Source of the DNA: Paramoeba atlantica
Taxonomy: Eukaryota; Protista; Discosea
Assembly (NCBI GenBank): GCA_977017575.1
Contig: CDRNVI010000060.1
Coordinates: 1 to 64,000 of the forward strand
DNA length: 64,000 nt
Direction of reading: 5' to 3'
In this document: piece by piece, positions 59,430 to 64,000 of the stretch
Position numbering within the stretch: the first letter of the stretch is position 1
How the letters are laid out: the number at the start of each line of letters is the position of its first letter
The notes under the pieces: model-generated
The model's input: the letters and a program-made list of their open reading frames with translations, nothing else
What the model was told of the DNA's origin: nothing
The model's database searches: none
Made by a program: the position numbers and the translations under genes

Positions 59430-62400
59430 ATGGCGCGACACCGCGCGCAACGATCTCACTCGAATGCGCTGCAGGACCTTACACGAGGACCACGCGGCGT
59501 TCGCAAGCAAAGCGCAACTCCCACCCATCCTGACGCCTCTTCCAACGAGAACGGAAGTACTCCCGACAATCTGCTAAACGTCACGCAAACCGAGCATGTG
59601 ACTGGCAATTCGGCGAATACCACCGCATCGTCCCCAGCGGAACCCTGTAAGCACAAGTGTCTGAATAAACGTGAATGCTTACACTTGTGCTGCAAGCGTC
59701 ACTTAACTGCGCAAAGTATAACGGATAGCGACACCGTAACATCACATACCGTCATGTCAAAGAAACGAAGGAATTTTGAAGTCTCCCCGCTTGCCATGGC
59801 CCGATCAATTATACTAGTATTCAGAACTCTCTACAACATGCGGAATATTGGCATCATCATATCTAACGTCTTCAGATGGATATCTAGCCTCGCCGTTCAC
59901 CTCCTAGTAGCACCCATCCGCGCAATCCCGTCACCCAACGCCCTCAATCCTTTCCGTCGAAATGTTGGCACACAAAGTATCACGACAAAACCGTGTAGGC
60001 ACATCTGTCTGAACAAAGTCACCTGCAAACACCCTTGTTGCAAACGTCATATACGACACTCCCAGAAGAAAGTCATAAATGTGGTGCCAACAAACAATGG
60101 ACCCTTTGGTCACGTACTACTAGTCATCACAAGGAACACTCAAACCCTATTGTCCCTATTAACTGGTTGGCTTTCTGAAGCAGCAAACCCATTACACATT
60201 GTCCAATGTATGAACATGGTATATGTGTGCATAGGTAGTACCATCAGGTTCATTACTTCTTCTTGCAGAAAAACGTATGACATTTTCCCATCGCCTCTGC
60301 TTTTACTGCCCCGGATACGAATAATGCACGAGAAATTTTGTTCAAACGTCGCGCGGTTGAAAAAGCAACCACTGAGCATGACCGCTCTTGAAATCATGAA
60401 ACTTGCACAACGAATAATTCTCTGGTATATCAGGTTTTTCTATATACAAGTAGACACTATGCCACAAAATGACGGAAAACCAGAACCCGCAACCGCAAGT
60501 CCCACGAAACTATGCACATCATCCCAGCCATTCACGACTGCGGTCGAGAAAGAAAGCAATCCCTATTTACCAGCAAACCCAACAGTCACGCTTAACCACA
60601 ATGAGATGTACGAGGTGGAAAAGCTGACGGAAAAGCAAGAATTAATCATGCCTTGTCCCAGGGAACAGGAAGGAGAAAACGATGAAGTCCCTGGCTGGGT
60701 ATTTCAAAGCAGCGCGACACAGAACCGGGACGAATCCGCACCACCTGACACAAACCATGAACCACGGCAAAAGCAATACCTTCACTTTGTCCAGAGCAGA
60801 GCCCGCCCCGTGAAAGTGCGAACAGTAGCAAACCTGATCTGGACATACTTTCCAGATATTCGAAATGCCAGCGAATCTCCTCTCGTCCGGGCTAGAATAC
60901 CCTCTCTCCAAGCAGCACAAGCGGCACTCTCGAAAATGTTGTCTGGTAAAAGCAACTCTCATGACTTGGTTGTCGAGCCTTCCACAACTGAAGAACTCAT
61001 GGACCACCGCGGATGCGACTACATACATATCGAAGAACAAAATAGTCAACACATCAGTCGGCATGCCAGCTGGACATCCCTTCTCCAAGATAATACACTT
61101 AAACTCAACGAGAAGTATGCAACAGCGGGAGCACTAGGCCGCGCAGTCATGAAGGCGCTTAACGGAATGGATATACCACATCTCAGACATCTACGCATTA
61201 CAGTACATCGAAGACTGGAGGAAGCGGAAGAAGTCAGTTACGAACGTATCTCACGCAGAGAAGCATCACCGAATCGCATTCAACAGAACCGTAGTGCACC
61301 GACACTGCGCACTGTACAGCCATGCCGCCACACGTGTCGAAACAAACTTGAGTGCGCACACCTATGTTGCAAAGTATTTGGGCCACTCTATGCACCAGGG
61401 AACGAAACCGGCTGTGAATCCCCAACAACAGTACCCAGTAACATACATTCCCAAGTTGAACCCTCCACGCCGACAGTGCAATCTGACGCCTCTCAAAGTC
61501 AAAAAGCAGTAGAACTCCTGCAAAAGCACAATGCAATACTTGGCGGGAAGGTTACCATACGACTCAGCGAAGAGCAATGGCGACAGGTTGAAGCGAGAGC
61601 AAGTGCACGTTGCAACGAACTTCTAAGCGATACAACGGACAGGAAGACAGCTATACGTAACGCAGAACTTCTTAGCGCCGCCCTAGCCGTATCTGCTTAC
61701 GAAATAGCGACGGAAGCGAATCCGACAAGGGGCTTCCTCATCAGAGCTAGCACCGGACACGCCCGACGATGGTATCGACCACTCGCCACGGAGAGAGTCG
61801 CACAAGAACTGAAACACCATCTCACAACCTTGAAAACTTCGCTACGCTATACGAGAAGTAGGACGGAACGAGACGAATTACGAGCACAAATCAAAGAATG
61901 TCGGAAGCTAGTCAGGATACGTGAGGAAGAAGCGACGAAACAAAGAGAAGAAATCGATCAGCGCTGGGCCTCCGAGCGATTTTCCAGAAATCCGTGGACA
62001 GCAGCTTCAGAAACGATCGACAAACCTGACGCTAATGAAGTACAGAATACAACTTACCCGACCTGCGACCGGAACACCATAGAGACATACTTCGAGTCAA
62101 GCTTTAAACCCAGTGAAGAACTCTTCCAACTGCCTCCTCCAGATGTACTCGGACCAGGAGCCGCCCAACCCATGCATTGGGACCCAATCACGCGAGACGA
62201 TGTCACAGCAGCCATCAATATGAAACGGAACTCCAGCTCACCCGGTGCAGACACGATCACCAATCTGATTCTTAAGAAATGTCCATTCATGCATGATCAA
62301 TTTGCTAAGGTATTCAATAATCTGATGACTTTCTCGACCTGCCCTCCATCATGGAAAACTGCAATCACTAGGCTGATACATACAAGAACGGTGATACAAT

Positions 62401-64000
62401 GTAAGAACGGAGCACCGGAAAACCCCAAAAATTGGCGCCCCATTTCACTGACGAGCGCCCTTGGTAAAGCGTTCCACACAATCATATCGCATCGCCTGAC
62501 CCAACATCTTATTCGACACAATGTGATTGACCCGAAAATACAGAAAGGGTTTCTTCCCGAAATCAATGGGACATTGGAGCACACCCAAACTCTATGCACC
62601 CTCCTCCAGCACTACCAGCGACATAAACGACAGTACTGTCTTGCCCAATTGGACCTCACTAACGCCTTTGGTTCGATCCCGCATAACATTATACTAGCTT
62701 CCCTAGGTTGGGCAGGCATACCCTGCAACGTTGTCGACTACATCAAAGACAGCCTCACTGATGCACATATACGAGTTAAATGTTACGAAGGTCTAACGCG
62801 TCCCATACATGTAAAGAAGGGAGTCTTACAAGGCGATACACTCTCCACCACTATATTCTTAGTAGTCATGGAAATCGTATTACGATACGTTCGGTTCTCG
62901 TGTCCAACCTTTGGCATGCGCCTTCCCAACGGCGATAACAACTTCTTGAAAGCGTATGCCGATGATTTAACCATTCTGACCGAAAGTAACCGTGACATGC
63001 AAACTTCGCTGAACGCACTAACCACGGTGTTCTCCAAAATCGGATTAAAAATCAACGTCACAAAAAGTCGAGTCCAATGTATGAGCACGCGGAAAGGCGA
63101 AGAGCACCCGGGGTACATGACGAGAAGACCTACAGTAACCACATACGGAGAAAAAATTCCACATATTTGTGACGCCGGAAGCTCATTTCTTGGTATGACC
63201 CTCGCCCCTGGATCTCAGCAGCTAAACGAACTTTTCAAGAAATTAAACTCAAAGCTGAAGGGATGGCTCGAAAACACGAGTGCCAGCGCCTATAATCTCT
63301 CGGCTAAGCTGTGGATCTACAGACACGCTATAATTTCCCGACTTCGGTTTCAGTTTACCATCCACCCCTGCATCTCTTTCAGCTCAGTTCTGCGGCTTCA
63401 GAAGCGAGTCACAGCACACATTCGACGATGGATTAACATGGCTCGTGCCGGTAGCACAGAAGTACTATACTCCTGCCGCGGCTGGAATCTCAAAAGTCTG
63501 ACACAACTCTGGTACGAGTGCACCGGAACGTCACTTACCCAAATGCATCAATCACGAGACCCGAACGTGCTCAAGGCATTGCGCTTCCGCATCCAGGAAG
63601 AGCAAAGGAAGCGTGCGAAAGGTCAAATCCGCCTAGCTGCACAAATAACCGATCATCTTAACGACCCACAGCGCGCACGACAAATACTCCGTGATGCCCA
63701 CGAAGAACAAATGATTACACGTCTACGACAACGTGCTCCTGTTGCTGCCCTCTGGTGGCAGTTTCCGTCAGACCCAGAAATGGCACAAGAATTTGCATCT
63801 GCCATCCATGGGATCCGAAACGAGAAACTCTCGCGATTCATGTCCTCCGTCATGACTCTAACCCCCCTGCCCTCCCGAGTATCCCTTGTACAATGGGGTC
63901 GCAACTATCACTCTGATACAAACAACAAGACACGTCCTTTCATCATGCAACACATCCTTACAACAAGGGAGGTACACACTCAGACACGACATGGTTCTCC
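59430..64000 (+). CDS. single-ORF R2/NeSL-type non-LTR retrotransposon protein, at least 1523 aa, running off the window
   Basis: Translated by hand with no stop from MARHRAQ to the window end. RT motifs SPGADTI, WRPISL, QKGFLP, LDLTNAFGSIPH, GVLQGDTLS and YADD (62955-62966). Three Cys/His motifs at 59646, 59994 and 61323. Confidence 0.9.
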   Translation, partial: MARHRAQRSHSNALQDLTRGPRGVRKQSATPTHPDASSNENGSTPDNLLNVTQTEHVTGNSANTTASSPAEPCKHKCLNKRECLHLCCKRHLTAQSITDSDTVTSHTVMSKKRRNFEVSPLAMARSIILVFRTLYNMRNIGIIISNVFRWISSLAVHLLVAPIRAIPSPNALNPFRRNVGTQSITTKPCRHICLNKVTCKHPCCKRHIRHSQKKVINVVPTNNGPFGHVLLVITRNTQTLLSLLTGWLSEAANPLHIVQCMNMVYVCIGSTIRFITSSCRKTYDIFPSPLLLLPRIRIMHEKFCSNVARLKKQPLSMTALEIMKLAQRIILWYIRFFYIQVDTMPQNDGKPEPATASPTKLCTSSQPFTTAVEKESNPYLPANPTVTLNHNEMYEVEKLTEKQELIMPCPREQEGENDEVPGWVFQSSATQNRDESAPPDTNHEPRQKQYLHFVQSRARPVKVRTVANLIWTYFPDIRNASESPLVRARIPSLQAAQAALSKMLSGKSNSHDLVVEPSTTEELMDHRGCDYIHIEEQNSQHISRHASWTSLLQDNTLKLNEKYATAGALGRAVMKALNGMDIPHLRHLRITVHRRLEEAEEVSYERISRREASPNRIQQNRSAPTLRTVQPCRHTCRNKLECAHLCCKVFGPLYAPGNETGCESPTTVPSNIHSQVEPSTPTVQSDASQSQKAVELLQKHNAILGGKVTIRLSEEQWRQVEARASARCNELLSDTTDRKTAIRNAELLSAALAVSAYEIATEANPTRGFLIRASTGHARRWYRPLATERVAQELKHHLTTLKTSLRYTRSRTERDELRAQIKECRKLVRIREEEATKQREEIDQRWASERFSRNPWTAASETIDKPDANEVQNTTYPTCDRNTIETYFESSFKPSEELFQLPPPDVLGPGAAQPMHWDPITRDDVTAAINMKRNSSSPGADTITNLILKKCPFMHDQFAKVFNNLMTFSTCPPSWKTAITRLIHTRTVIQCKNGAPENPKNWRPISLTSALGKAFHTIISHRLTQHLIRHNVIDPKIQKGFLPEINGTLEHTQTLCTLLQHYQRHKRQYCLAQLDLTNAFGSIPHNIILASLGWAGIPCNVVDYIKDSLTDAHIRVKCYEGLTRPIHVKKGVLQGDTLSTTIFLVVMEIVLRYVRFSCPTFGMRLPNGDNNFLKAYADDLTILTESNRDMQTSLNALTTVFSKIGLKINVTKSRVQCMSTRKGEEHPGYMTRRPTVTTYGEKIPHICDAGSSFLGMTLAPGSQQLNELFKKLNSKLKGWLENTSASAYNLSAKLWIYRHAIISRLRFQFTIHPCISFSSVLRLQKRVTAHIRRWINMARAGSTEVLYSCRGWNLKSLTQLWYECTGTSLTQMHQSRDPNVLKALRFRIQEEQRKRAKGQIRLAAQITDHLNDPQRARQILRDAHEEQMITRLRQRAPVAALWWQFPSDPEMAQEFASAIHGIRNEKLSRFMSSVMTLTPLPSRVSLVQWGRNYHSDTNNKTRPFIMQHILTTREVHTQTRHGS

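Overview
Eukaryotic, intron-free, transposon-saturated DNA, inferred to come from a kinetoplastid or close euglenozoan relative. Four observations support this: all recognisable host genes lie on the minus strand like a directional cluster; three sequences match the conserved core of the kinetoplastid spliced leader; CRE-like and VIPER/TATE-like retroelement relics are present; and the code is standard. Host content is one UPF1-like SF1 helicase lacking a CH domain and ten related 23-residue LRR genes (7 open, 3 broken). The remainder is mobile DNA: Tc1/IS630 elements (DD34E and an unusual DD32E group), pogo, hAT and Harbinger/ISL2EU relics, many MITEs, an RTE-like element with RNase H interrupted by a (TTC)n-tailed SINE, and a retrotransposon at the right end. 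That last element is absent from the ORF track because it runs off the window. It is an uninterrupted ORF of at least 1523 codons (59430 to beyond 64000) with an R2/NeSL-type RT and three copies of a CxHxCxNKxxCxHxCCK zinc motif, starting 27 nt after a spliced-leader-like sequence. All family assignments come from motif recognition by eye, with no database searches.
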